NCBI GenBank assembly: GCA_002269645.1
Contig: NIVC01001778.1
Coordinates: 1 to 64,000 of the forward strand
DNA from: Macrostomum lignano
Taxonomy: Eukaryota
Direction: 5' to 3'
DNA: 64,000 nucleotides
The notes beneath the pieces were generated by a model. The model did no database searches. It was not told the origin of the DNA and was given only the letters and a program-made list of their open reading frames with translations. A program made the position numbers and the translations under genes. Within the stretch, counting starts at the first letter, position 1. The number at the start of each line of letters is the position of its first letter. Positions 38,202 to 48,558 of the stretch are shown here, piece by piece.

Positions 38202-38684
38202 TAGCTGGAAGTAAAAAAGGTGGGACTTCCTGCAGAACACAGGCAAAGAGCCGCAAGGCCGCAACCCCAAACCAAGCGGCAGGCCCCCAAAAAGCAAAAT
38301 ACCACCCTGCGGGGGGACCCAAAAGCGCAAGGGGAACCGTTAGAGACCAGACTACTCCCTGGCCAAGCGTCCATCAGCACGGAGTTACACTGGGACATTA
38401 GAGGGTGCGTTTATATGGTCACACCAGGACCCGGCGCCAACGAATCAGCTCGGCAAGGCCCAAGAGCCTGCCTTAACGCCCACGGGACGAGTACCCTTCG
38501 AAGTGCGCCTTGCAAGGTGAAAATCAGGAGACAGAGTCTCTGGAGCTATCAGCCCGCCAGGGGAGGCAGGTGGGAGCATCGCTGGCTGGGATAAAGGCCA
38601 TACCAGTCTCATACTGCACAGATAGTTCACCACGCCATTGCGTGCAGGACCCGGGGTCCTGGGGGCAAACAGCTCCGGCGATTC

Positions 38685-38845
38685 TTCACCCCATCTGATC
38701 CTTCATCCCATCTGATCCTTCACCCCATCTGATCCTTCACCCCATCTGATCTATCACCCCATCTGATCCTTCATCCCATCTGATCCTTCACCCCATCTGA
38801 TCCTTCACCCCATCTGATCCTTCACCCTACCTGATCCTTCACCCT
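38685..38845. repeat. 17-bp minisatellite (TCACCCCATCTGATCCT), first array
   Basis: Tandem copies are visible. The same unit occurs at 40230-40760. Confidence 0.9.
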
Positions 38846-39348
38846 TGAAGAATCACATAGGGTCTTTATTCTGGTGGTGTGATTTGCATGCTGATACATA
38901 CAATAAATGCGTGATCAAGAACTTCTAGACTGCATGCACTGGACTAGACTCGACTTCTAGTAGAAGTCCTTGGGCGTGACTGCTCGCACTTTATACTATA
39001 ATATTAAGGCAACCCCTTCTCGAGATTTCAGACCCAGCAAATGCATTGGCGTTGTCTCACAATTTAATACAAGTACATTGTCTCGTTCACTCGGTAAAAA
39101 ACAGTCTATTTCAAATTATCAAAACACAATAAGCTTGCAAGTGACCGCCTGCTGCAGCTAAAATTATGCATGACAGGACTGGCGCTTCTAAAAATAGGAT
39201 TGCGACCGTTTAACTAGGAACTAAATTGTTTTTTCTTTTTAAATAAATACAGAGTCATTAGGTACAGAGCCAAAAATGCTGCGTGCAGTTTTTTGTAGGT
39301 TATTTTTCGTCTGATATTATTCTGTAGCTGGAAACTTTAAAGAAAGAT

Positions 39349-39858
39349 ATGGAAAGCGATAGAGTGGTTCTGATTAGCAAGACCGGAAGCGGAAAGAGCT
39401 CGTTGGCGAACGCCCTGTTCAACACCACGGAGTTCCAGGTGGGCTGCGGCATGCTGTCCAGCACGAAAAGCTGCAAAAGCATCTTATCTCGCCTCGCTGG
39501 GGCCGACACTCCCGGAACCATGGACGTTGCAGCAGACGAGGAGAAGGCCAAGACCGAGAACCGTAGAGCCATGGAGCTTTGTATGAGAGCGTGTCGAGTT
39601 TGTCTTGTGCTAGTGGATTCCCATTGCGACGCTCAGTCCAAGGAAAGAAATTACACTGCAAGGGAGCTGCAATCGGACATGCAACGAACAGAAAAAGCAA
39701 GCAAGGAGGAGAAAAAGGTAACAAAGGCGATGCAGATTACGGAACAAGCCAAGCGGAAGAAGGCCGCAGACTGGCGCAGAGGAAGTCGGGAGCCGAAGGT
39801 CGGCAGAAACCAGCGAGTGCGAGTGCACCGGGTGCAGCAACCGCGGAGGTCCAACTAA
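39349..39858 (+). pseudogene. Internally deleted GIMAP copy C (open 169-aa ORF)
   Basis: Retains LISKTGSGKSSLANALF and DTPGTMDV..DEEKAKTE.RRA, then jumps in frame from CDAQ to KERNYTARELQ (compare GRKYTSLELE in exon 2 of copies A and B). G4, the intron and the start of exon 2 are missing. Confidence 0.7.
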
Positions 39859-40229
39859 GACACCTGCCGGACTGACCGACTGATCAAGCATCACATTGCA
39901 ACAATCGAAACATTGAAAACTCTCAAAATTGGCCTGTAGTTTTTTAATGTAATCCTTCTACATGCACTTATAGAAACCACTAGAAAGCTCGTACTTGTAC
40001 TACAGTTCCCTTTTTCTGGATTAAGGATCTAAATTCCTCTAAACCACATGCAAAATTGCCCGCTATAGTTATTTTGAATTTCGGGCAGAAGTACATTGTT
40101 TATATCATTGAAGCTGGAACACTTGGAAATAAAATTTTTGGAACTTCACTGGTTCATTGAATGATTGATGATTGAAATCACACTTGTGTTACATGCGCAT
40201 CTGAAAAAGGCTCTGCCAAATTTGTTTGA

Positions 40230-40760
40230 TCTTCACCCCGTCTGATCCGTCACCCCATCTGATCCATCACCCCACCTGATTCCTCACCCCATCTGATTCC
40301 TCACCCCATCTGATCCGTCACCCCATCTGATCCGTCACCCCATCTGATCCATCACCCCACCTGATTCCTCACCCCATCTGATTCCTCACCCCATCTGATC
40401 TGTCACCCCATCTGATCCATCACCCCACCTGATTCCTCACCCCATCTGATTCCTCACCCCATCTGATCTGTCACCCCATCTGATCCATCACCCCACCTGA
40501 TTCCTCACCCCATCTGATCCCTCACCCCATCTGATTCCTCACCCCATCTGATCCCTCACCCCATCTGATTCCTCACCCCATCTGATCCCTCACCCCATCT
40601 GATTCCTCACCCCATCTGATCCCTCACCCCATCTGATTCCTCACCCCATCTGATCCCTCACCCCATCTGATTCCTCACCCCATCTGATCCCTCACCCCAT
40701 CTGATCCCTCACCCCATCTGATTCCTCACCCCATCTGATCCTTCAGCCCATCTGATCATG
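40230..40760. repeat. 17-bp minisatellite (TCACCCCATCTGATYCC), second array
   Basis: Tandem copies lie upstream of GIMAP copy B. Confidence 0.9.
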
Positions 40761-41239
40761 CACCTTTATCATTCAATGTAGATAATTACATTCGGTCCGA
40801 ATTCTGATTTTGTGATTTTATTTTGATACATCCTATACTTTATGCGTAGGAAACCTAGTCTAACCCAGATTCCAGACTCTAAGGTAGCTCGTGCATTTGC
40901 GTTGTATCAAGAATTAGTACAGTTTAATTGTATTTTGGTCACTCGGTAAAAAACTGTCTATGTTAATTTTAATTACGGGACTGGCGCTTCTAAAATTATT
41001 ACTGAGTAACTGCTGATTTTGGCTCTGTGCTTAAAATTGGCGCTATATACGAGCGTACAGACAAAAATTCGTTCCTAGTTAAATAGCTGCAAATGGGAAA
41101 TACTTCATAATGAGAAATACTTTCGACTGTTTAACTAGGAACGATTTTTTTCTGTATATATAGCCAAATTTTACGCACAGAGCCTAAATTCAGTACTGAG
41201 TCATCACCATCATTCTGTAACAGGAAATTTTTCAGAAAA

Positions 41240-42627
41240 ATGGCCATGAGCAAAGAAGCTAGAAAAACAGCAATGCTTCTCGTCAGCAAGACCGGAAGCG
41301 GAAAGAGCTCGTTGGCGAACGCCTTGCTGGACACCAAGGAGTTCCAGGTGGGCCGCGGCATGCTGTCTGGCACTGCGCACTGCAAGTGCATCTCAACTCA
41401 CGCCAGAGGTCGCGACCTCACTGTGGTCGACACCCCTGGAACCATGGACGTCGCTGACGAGGAGAAGGCCAAGACGGAGATCCGGAGAGCCATCAGCTTC
41501 TGTCCGGAGGGATTCGACGTCTTCCTGGTGGTGCTGAAGTGCGACGCTCGGTTCACGGCCGAGGAGAGACGGGCCATCGAGGTGGTCGCTGAGATGTTCG
41601 GTGATGAGTTCTACAAGCACGCCATCGTTGTGTTCAGCCACGGAGACGAGTTTGACAACAATGAGACCGAGTTTCGCGATGAGCTGCAGGAGATCAGGTG
41701 CTGTTCGTTCAAAACTGATGCATTCAAAACCGATGAGCTGTATTGTCTGAATCAGACTACTCATTTGGAGCTTGTACCCTGTAGAAGCAAGTTAACAAGT
41801 TGGGTGGGGCCGGGCCGTAGCGATCGCGATGAGTCAAATTAGTCTGGAAGCGGAAGCTAGCGATGTACGTATGATAGTCGGAGCGTTTCAAATTTTACCA
41901 TCTCCAACATGCAGCTGTCAGAGCAACAGCAGTCCTTAAAGAGCTACATGTACATGTAGTGAACCGCCTCTTTCTCAAATAATTACATGTACATGTAGGT
42001 GCCCTCTGTTGGAACACGCCTTTTTATCGTCGCGACACGGACCAGCGTCACGGTACATTTATATGATAAATAAATGTATATTTAATCATCAGTGGAACAC
42101 ATTACACGTTACTTTTGAATACATGTAACCTAAAACACAGGAAGAAGATCCCATACCTGGACCAGCTGCTCACAAGATGCGGTAATCGGTTCGCCCTGGT
42201 GGACAATGGCAGACGGTGCGACAGAGCTGTTCAGAACAGACAGATCGAAACTCTGCTGTCCAAGGCTGACAGTCTGGTTGCCAGCAAAGGAGGCCGAAAG
42301 TACACCTCCTTGGAGTTGGAGGCCGAGAGGAGGAGGGCGGAGGAAGCGGAGCGCAAGAAAGCGGAAGAGGCGGAGCGAAGGGAAAAGGAGACGAGAGAGC
42401 AGGAGCGGCGCGAGATGGAGAGTCAAGTAATGGCTCAACAGCGAGAAAGTGACGAAAGCAGGCAGAAGGAGCAATTTCTGCGAAATATTATGGGCGGCGT
42501 GCTGCAGCTGGGCCTTGCGCTGGCCTCCTCTGCCGTGACGTCAGCAGCTGAGCGACCGCCTACTGGACAATTAATGTCCATCTCATGGTCGACGCCAATG
42601 GATGACAGTGATGATGATAGCGACTGA
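41240..42627 (+). CDS. GIMAP: GIMAP/AIG1-family GTPase, copy B (2 exons, 314 aa)
   Basis: Exon 1 is 41240-41697 and exon 2 is 42141-42627. Splice sites and phase match copy A, and the GTPase domain is nearly identical to copy A. Confidence 0.9.
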
Positions 42628-42809
42628 TTCGATGAAATCAGTTTATGAACAATTACGAGCGACAGTTTGCGACTGATTTCAATTTTAGTACGACTGAACA
42701 CATACCGTAAATGTAGTACAGTAGTAGTAGTAAATGTACATACATGTATACATGTTTCATGTATGTACATGTAGTAGCCTATATAATTACAGTATGTACA
42801 GTAGTACGG

Positions 42810-43310
42810 GGTTGTTGCTAAGGGAGGGGGTTGTAGCCAGGGGGGTTGTAGCCTAGTGAGGACATTGTAGCCTAGTGAGGAAATTGTAGCCTAGTGAGGA
42901 AATTGTAGCCTAGTGAGGAAATTGTAGCCTAGTGAGGAAATTGTAGCCTAGTGAGGAAATTGTAGCCTAGTGAGGGGGTTGTAGCCAGGGGGTTGTAGCC
43001 TAGTGAGGAAATTGTAGCCTAGTGAGGAAATTGTAGCCTAGTGAGGGGGTTGTAGCCAGGGGGTTGTAGCCTAGTGAGGAAATTGTAGCCTAGTGAGGAA
43101 ATTGTAGCCTAGTGAGGAAATTGTAGCCTAGTTAGGAAATTGTAGCCTAGTTAGGAAATTGTAGCCTAGTGAGGGGGTTGTAGCCAGGGGGTTGTAGCCT
43201 AGTGAGGAAATTGTAGCCTAGTTATGAATTGTAGCCTAGTGAGGAAATTGTAGCCTAGTGAGGGGGTTGAATGTAGCCTAGTGAGGACAGGAGGTTTTAG
43301 CCTAGTGAGG
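42810..43310 (+). repeat. 19-bp minisatellite (TTGTAGCCTAGTGAGGAAA) fused to a SINE head
   Basis: Tandem copies run directly into the SINE 5' end. Confidence 0.9.
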
Positions 43311-43607
43311 GGGTTAGCGCGGTTAGAGCGTCGGACTCACGACTTGAAGGTCTGGGGTTCAATTCCCGATCACACTGGAAAAATAAGTTGCGTCCTTGAG
43401 CAAGACAACTCTGCATTGCTTCAGTTCAACCCAGCAGTAAAATGGGTGCCAGCATTAGCTGGGGTAAATTGAGGGTGAGTGGCAGGGCGACCCCCCAGTC
43501 CTTGCAGTGAGCAGCCACGCAGCCTTCAGATGCGCCACGCAATAGCTGCGGCTGAGCTGTCGGTTGCACATCTGCCCGTTAGGGTAGGTGTAATCAATTA
43601 TTATTAC
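43298..43607 (+). mobile_element. tRNA-derived SINE with a CORE-like central domain
   Basis: A-box-like TAGCCTAGTG..GGTTAGAGCG, B-box GGTTCAATTCC (43356-43366), central GCGTCCTTGAGCAAG...CTTCAGTT..CAG.AGTAAAATGGG resembling the MIR/CORE consensus, and a short (ATT)n tail. Confidence 0.75.
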
Positions 43608-44428
43608 TTTTTTGTAGTAGCAAGTGCATGTGAAATAAATACCGAGCTTATCCAGCTGAGTGTTCTAAATTTTAAGTAGAAGTCTAAAGTAACTTTTGAT
43701 AGTTGTTTTTGCTTTTACAGTAAAAAATTATTTTATTGGCCCTATGGCAGTAAAATAATATATTTTTATGCACAAGTCATACATGTACACAAATGTAAAC
43801 TACATGTAGCTGGAATGGAATATACTCGTACTGTCGTACATAAAATCTCAGTGTCTTTCCTTATGAAAAAAATGCATTCGCCACTTGAAAAGCTATACTA
43901 CTGTATAGATCGATGTAGTCATTAAAAATTAGGACAGGTGGGAATTCGCTTGCGAATGGGGAGGCAGCCGCAGGAGACTGAGCGGAGGATGGCGCATGGG
44001 GAAGCTGAGGACGGCGGATGGGAAGCTGAGGATGGCGGTGGATGGGGGAGCGGAGGATAGCATTATGACGGATCGAAAGCAGATAAGCTTGAAACATCGA
44101 ATTACATGTATCAATCAATAAATCAAACTCTTGCTAGCAATATCCGCTATGATAGCTTACAACTTACAAGAATTCTGTGCTATGAAGTTTCGAATTTTCA
44201 AGTTCGACTTTTGAGCTTACATGTATGACGCTGTCTTCGAATTCGAACAGCCCAACACAGAGAGAAAAGGAAGCAGAGGATGGGAGATGTGGAGGCAGAA
44301 CATGGCACAATAAGGGAGCAGAGGATGGCGAATGGTAATGAAGTTGTGAACTTGGGAAAGCGAGTCAAGTGAGTTGACCAACACATTTTCACCGAATCGA
44401 CGAATGTATAGGCACATTTCGATGTGGT

Positions 44429-44444
44429 GGCCCTGAAAAGGGCC
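44429..44444 (-). terminator. Histone 3' stem-loop of H2A
   Basis: Minus-strand AACGCTAAAAC-GGCCCTTTTCAGGGCC-ACCACAT lies ~90 nt after the H2A stop. Confidence 0.95.
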
Positions 44445-44532
44445 GTTTTAGCGTTCAAAAAGCTGCGGTCTAGTTCTTAGAAGACGGCAGAAGAAAGAAG
44501 AGCCAGAGACGAAGACGAAGCATGCGATGCGT

Positions 44533-44904
44533 TCAGTTACTCTTGGTCTTCTTGGGCAGCAGGACAGCCTGGATGTTCGGCAGGACGCCGCCCTGAGCCA
44601 CGGTGACACCGCTGAGCAGTTTGTTCAACTCCTCGTCATTGCGGATAGCCAGCTGAAGGTGACGCGGAATGATGCGAGTTTTCTTGTTGTCCCGAGCAGC
44701 GTTGCCAGCCAGTTCGAGTACTTCAGCGGCGAGATACTCCAGCACGGCGGCCATGTACACGGGAGAGCCGGCGCCCACGCGTTCAGCGTAGTTGCCTTTG
44801 CGCAGCAGACGGTGGATGCGACCGACTGGGAACTGTAGTCCAGCGCGGGAGGACTTGGTCCTGGCCTTGGCCTTGGTCTTGCCGCCTTTGCCGCGTCCGC
44901 TCAT
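44533..44904 (-). CDS. H2A: Replication-dependent histone H2A
   Basis: Intronless: [43 protein letters not shown], followed by a 3' stem-loop. Confidence 0.98.
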   Translation of the reverse strand: MSGRGKGGKTKAKARTKSSRAGLQFPVGRIHRLLRKGNYAERVGAGSPVYMAAVLEYLAAEVLELAGNAARDNKKTRIIPRHLQLAIRNDEELNKLLSGVTVAQGGVLPNIQAVLLPKKTKSN

Positions 44905-45512
44905 GATGACTGATTGATTAGATGAGATGCTAAAGGAGAATTCTGGATATTGAAATGCTTTGATATGTTCTGAAAGTGTTTGTGAAAGGTTTTATAGTTC
45001 GCGAAAACCTAAAATTATCTTAGCAACGGCCCGGTCGTCAAGAAGGTTCTTCATTGGCTGGAGTCGAATATTTTATTTTTGGTCAACAGTATTTTTCTAA
45101 ACGTTTATTTTGTACTCTACTTACAGTAGGGTCAAAAGTTATTTATGAACTTTTTGATAATTCAATAAGTTTCTAGGTACAAAGACTCAACTGGCTTCAT
45201 TTTTCATTAATCAATGAAGTGCTGTTGCTTCCTGTAGAGTGTAAAAATAGAAAAAAATCTTTATTTATGCCAAACCAAAGTTTCAGACTAAAAACTACTT
45301 TTACGAAGTTTCAGTGAGCTGTGGAAAATGTAATTCTGCTTTGAAGCTAAAACAGAAATTATCAAAACCCGGTTAGATCAGACGGAAGCAATATCAAGTT
45401 TAAAAAAAATCGGATGAGACTTTACTTGACTCAAAAAGTTGGGGTGACACAGGGTAGTGTCTGTACTTAGAAAGCTAAGCAAACATTTATTCCCTTCCTA
45501 AAACGCAAAAAC

Positions 45513-45528
45513 GGCCCTTTTCAGGGCC
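45513..45528 (+). terminator. Orphan histone-type stem-loop in the H2A-H2B spacer
   Basis: Perfect GGCCCTTTTCAGGGCC preceded by AACGCAAAAAC. No histone CDS lies upstream on this strand. Confidence 0.8.
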
Positions 45529-46149
45529 ATGATTTCTTATAGTCGACTCTTGCCTTTATGCTCGTTTTATAACTATTTGAATTCTCATTAGAAGACTCGT
45601 AGATTCTTGTAGTCTGAGAAGACTCTTATTAGAAGTCGATTCGTAGAGTCACTTTAAATGCGAGTACAAGAACGATAAGATAATTTTGTTCGGAGCAAAG
45701 CAGCCAAGCTATCAAAAGCGTAAATGATGATGGACTTTATAAAAAAATATTACGCTTGAATCACTTGAAAGCATGAAATGGAAGGACGGTGTAATTTGGC
45801 GTACACTTTTTACTTTTTGCTGCAATTTGCTGCTAAGCTTGATAGACCCTGTTCTGGTCTTAGTGTTTCTTGATCCCAAACAGCGGCCTGACAGAAATGA
45901 ACATATATTTCTATTGACAGTAGAGTATGAAATACATTCAGTGCTGTCTTCAAGATTCCTCACTCAACTAAGGTTCCTAAAGCCTGCTTCGCTCCCATTG
46001 GTCAGGAAACAATTATCGATCGTTGACAATTTTCGAGCTTGGTTTCTTTGTTGGGGTTATAAATAGAAAAAGCTTGGTACCCTTGGTTCCTCATCACTCG
46101 TCGACTGATCTTAAACAATCCCTCTGTCAAACTCCGTCTGCATTGAATC

Positions 46150-46515
46150 ATGCCGCCGAAGGTCAGTGGAAAGGCTGCCAAGAAGGCCAGCAAGGCTAAG
46201 GCCCCGAAGACTGACAAGAAGAGGAAGCGCAGGAGGAAGGAGTCCTACGCCATCTACATCTATAAGGTGCTCCGTCAGGTGCACCCCGACACTGGCATCT
46301 CCAGCAAGGCCATGATGATCATGAACAGCTTCGTTAATGATGTGTTCGAGCGCATCGCCAGTGAGGCCAGCCGTCTGGCTCACTACAACAAGCGCAGCAC
46401 CATCAGCAGCCGGGAGATCCAGACTGCTGTCCGTCTGCTCCTGCCTGGTGAGCTGGCTAAGCACGCCGTCAGCGAGGGCACCAAGGCCGTCACCAAGTAC
46501 ACCAGTGCCAAGTAA
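46150..46515 (+). CDS. H2B: Replication-dependent histone H2B
   Basis: Intronless: [50 protein letters not shown], with TATAAATA near 46056. Confidence 0.98.
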   Translation: MPPKVSGKAAKKASKAKAPKTDKKRKRRRKESYAIYIYKVLRQVHPDTGISSKAMMIMNSFVNDVFERIASEASRLAHYNKRSTISSREIQTAVRLLLPGELAKHAVSEGTKAVTKYTSAK

Positions 46516-46616
46516 TCGGTCTGTCACTGACAGACTATACGCTGTTCTACCGCGACGTCCGCTCTGGCTCCGGTGGCAGCTGTCGTATAGCTTAACGCTA
46601 CAATGAACGCTAAAAC

Positions 46617-46632
46617 GGCCCTTTTCAGGGCC
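46617..46632 (+). terminator. Histone 3' stem-loop of H2B
   Basis: AACGCTAAAAC-GGCCCTTTTCAGGGCC-ACCACAT. Confidence 0.95.
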
Positions 46633-47602
46633 ACCACATTCAAATTGTGCTCTACATTGCAGTCTTAAAACATACATAGGCTAGGGGCCTAGTAATAATT
46701 GTTTTAAAGGCCATTTTAATTGAACGAGTCTAGTGCCGTGAGGGGGTCCATGTGCCGTAGCCGTATTCAAAAATTTTATTCCGTTTTCCGTAAGCGTAGT
46801 GAGTTGTGACCCCAAAATTACCATATTTCTGTAGGCTAGCTGTAGCCGTAGAGGAAAAACAGAACAGAGTCCTTCAGTTAAAACTCGATCACCAATCGAA
46901 TTCTATTGATACTAAACTAAAGATTATACTCAACTAAATACTCTCACGTTCACGTATGTTGTCTGTAATGTCTACACAAACTCGATGAACTACTGAGTAC
47001 TGTATGTACGGTACCGTAGGAATAATTTCCTATAGAATAATTTCTGTTTTATTCCAACGGTACCGTGGGAATAAGCACTGCCTTATGGATATTATGTAGG
47101 CCATTTCACGATATTTAATTTTCAGCTCCTCTCCAGCAACTTTAATAAGTGTGATTCTTGAGCTTGTCATGTCAGTTAAAAAAATGTTCCAAAAAGAAGC
47201 GGTGAGCAACAGTCGTTTATTCTAAATGATGGTTTAAAGGCTCAAGCGTAAACTGAGTTTTGGGATTTGGGACCTCTGGAATTAATACTAGAGATACATG
47301 CATTTATACAACTTATATTCTGCCGGAATTTGCCCGCTTGCCGTTGCCGGTAGCTTTTCCTGAATAATGAAACGTGGTTGCTGGTTGTGGTTACTACACG
47401 GTTATTGCATTCGGTTCGGACTTCAAAGTCTTCAAAGTAAAATAGACTGAATTGAATTTTAGTGCTCTGAAAAAGTCTAGCTATTACATTTTGCAGAAAA
47501 AACAAGTATGCTGCACGATAAGCATAAAATAAGCATGGTAATTGCATAAATACATGTAGCATACCATTGTTCATTACTGGCATTGAAATTAAACGCTAAA
47601 AC

Positions 47603-47618
47603 GGCCCTTTTCAGGTCC
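47603..47618 (+). terminator. Second orphan, degenerate histone stem-loop
   Basis: AACGCTAAAAC-GGCCCTTTTCAGGTCC has one stem mismatch and is followed by ACTCCACCACAT. Confidence 0.7.
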
Positions 47619-48558
47619 ACTCCACCACATTTAGCTGCGTCTTTTACATGCAGTTATCTCTCAGACCTGTATTTATTCGAATTCTTTCTCTAGTATCAGG
47701 AATCACGCAAATGTAATTTAATGATTTGATTGATCATTCTTCAAGGCTGCCGTCACAGCCTCTACAGCAGAGGTCGGCAAACTACGAGTACTGTCGTTAT
47801 TTACACAGTAACACAGTATACATATAGCTATGGTCTGCAGTAATATTTGACCACAAATCTATCCTTGTGAAGGCGAATGAGTCGCATTATCGTTTGTTTC
47901 TTTTGAAACACCCTTCGTACTTTGCATTATTAATAGTACGGGTACTACGAGCTAATAAAAAACACTAAGCTATAAACACATACGGTAAATCACGCCTAAA
48001 ACGACTATAGACTTGTTAAACGACTAGTTAGTTCAAAATCATTATGAAAATACAATTGGAAACTCCCGTCCCGAGTATGTACATGTAGTCTCTTAATTTA
48101 AGTCTTCTTGTGAGTTTTTCAATGACAATGAAAATTAAGAAAGACCAATTCAAGAATGAATATGTGGTAAAGAGCGATAGTTCTGTTTTCTAAATGGTTT
48201 AAACGAAGATTACGTTTAGCATAGGCCCTATTTAAACAATCAATTTTATTTATTCTCTCAATACGAAATATACTCCTAAAATTTTCATCTCTACCTACTT
48301 AACTGAAGTCAGTAGCGTATTGAGTTTACTAATTATTATTTCAACTCTTAAAAACTCGTAAAATAGAAAAATTCCGGAGTGAATCAAACCGAATCCTTCC
48401 TAATTAGGAAGCCCACCCAGCGAGCAGCCAATCCGTTTGGAATGTTTATTACTTGTAAAGCACAATCACATGTGTATATAAAGAATTGCGCTTTATTTGA
48501 ATTTCTTGCAAAAAATCAAGCGTGAAAAGTTTCCTAAAATATAATACCAAAACTATTA

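Larger units (their letters stand above)
35636..38690 (-). mobile_element. Non-LTR retrotransposon (R1/LOA-like); 5' end apparently present, 3' end truncated
   Basis: GC-rich island containing a putative 5'UTR, ORF1 and an APE endonuclease ORF2 that ends before any reverse transcriptase. ORF1 stop and ORF2 start overlap as TGATG at 36684-36680. Confidence 0.9.

Noticed and set aside
43310-43372. Functional tRNA gene
   Set aside because: There is no acceptor-stem pairing or poly-T terminator, and the sequence continues into a CORE-like body and ATT tail, so it is a SINE head.
44527-46677. Antisense ORFs over H2A (44527..44838) and H2B (46111..46677)
   Set aside because: Shadow ORFs of GC-rich histone codons.
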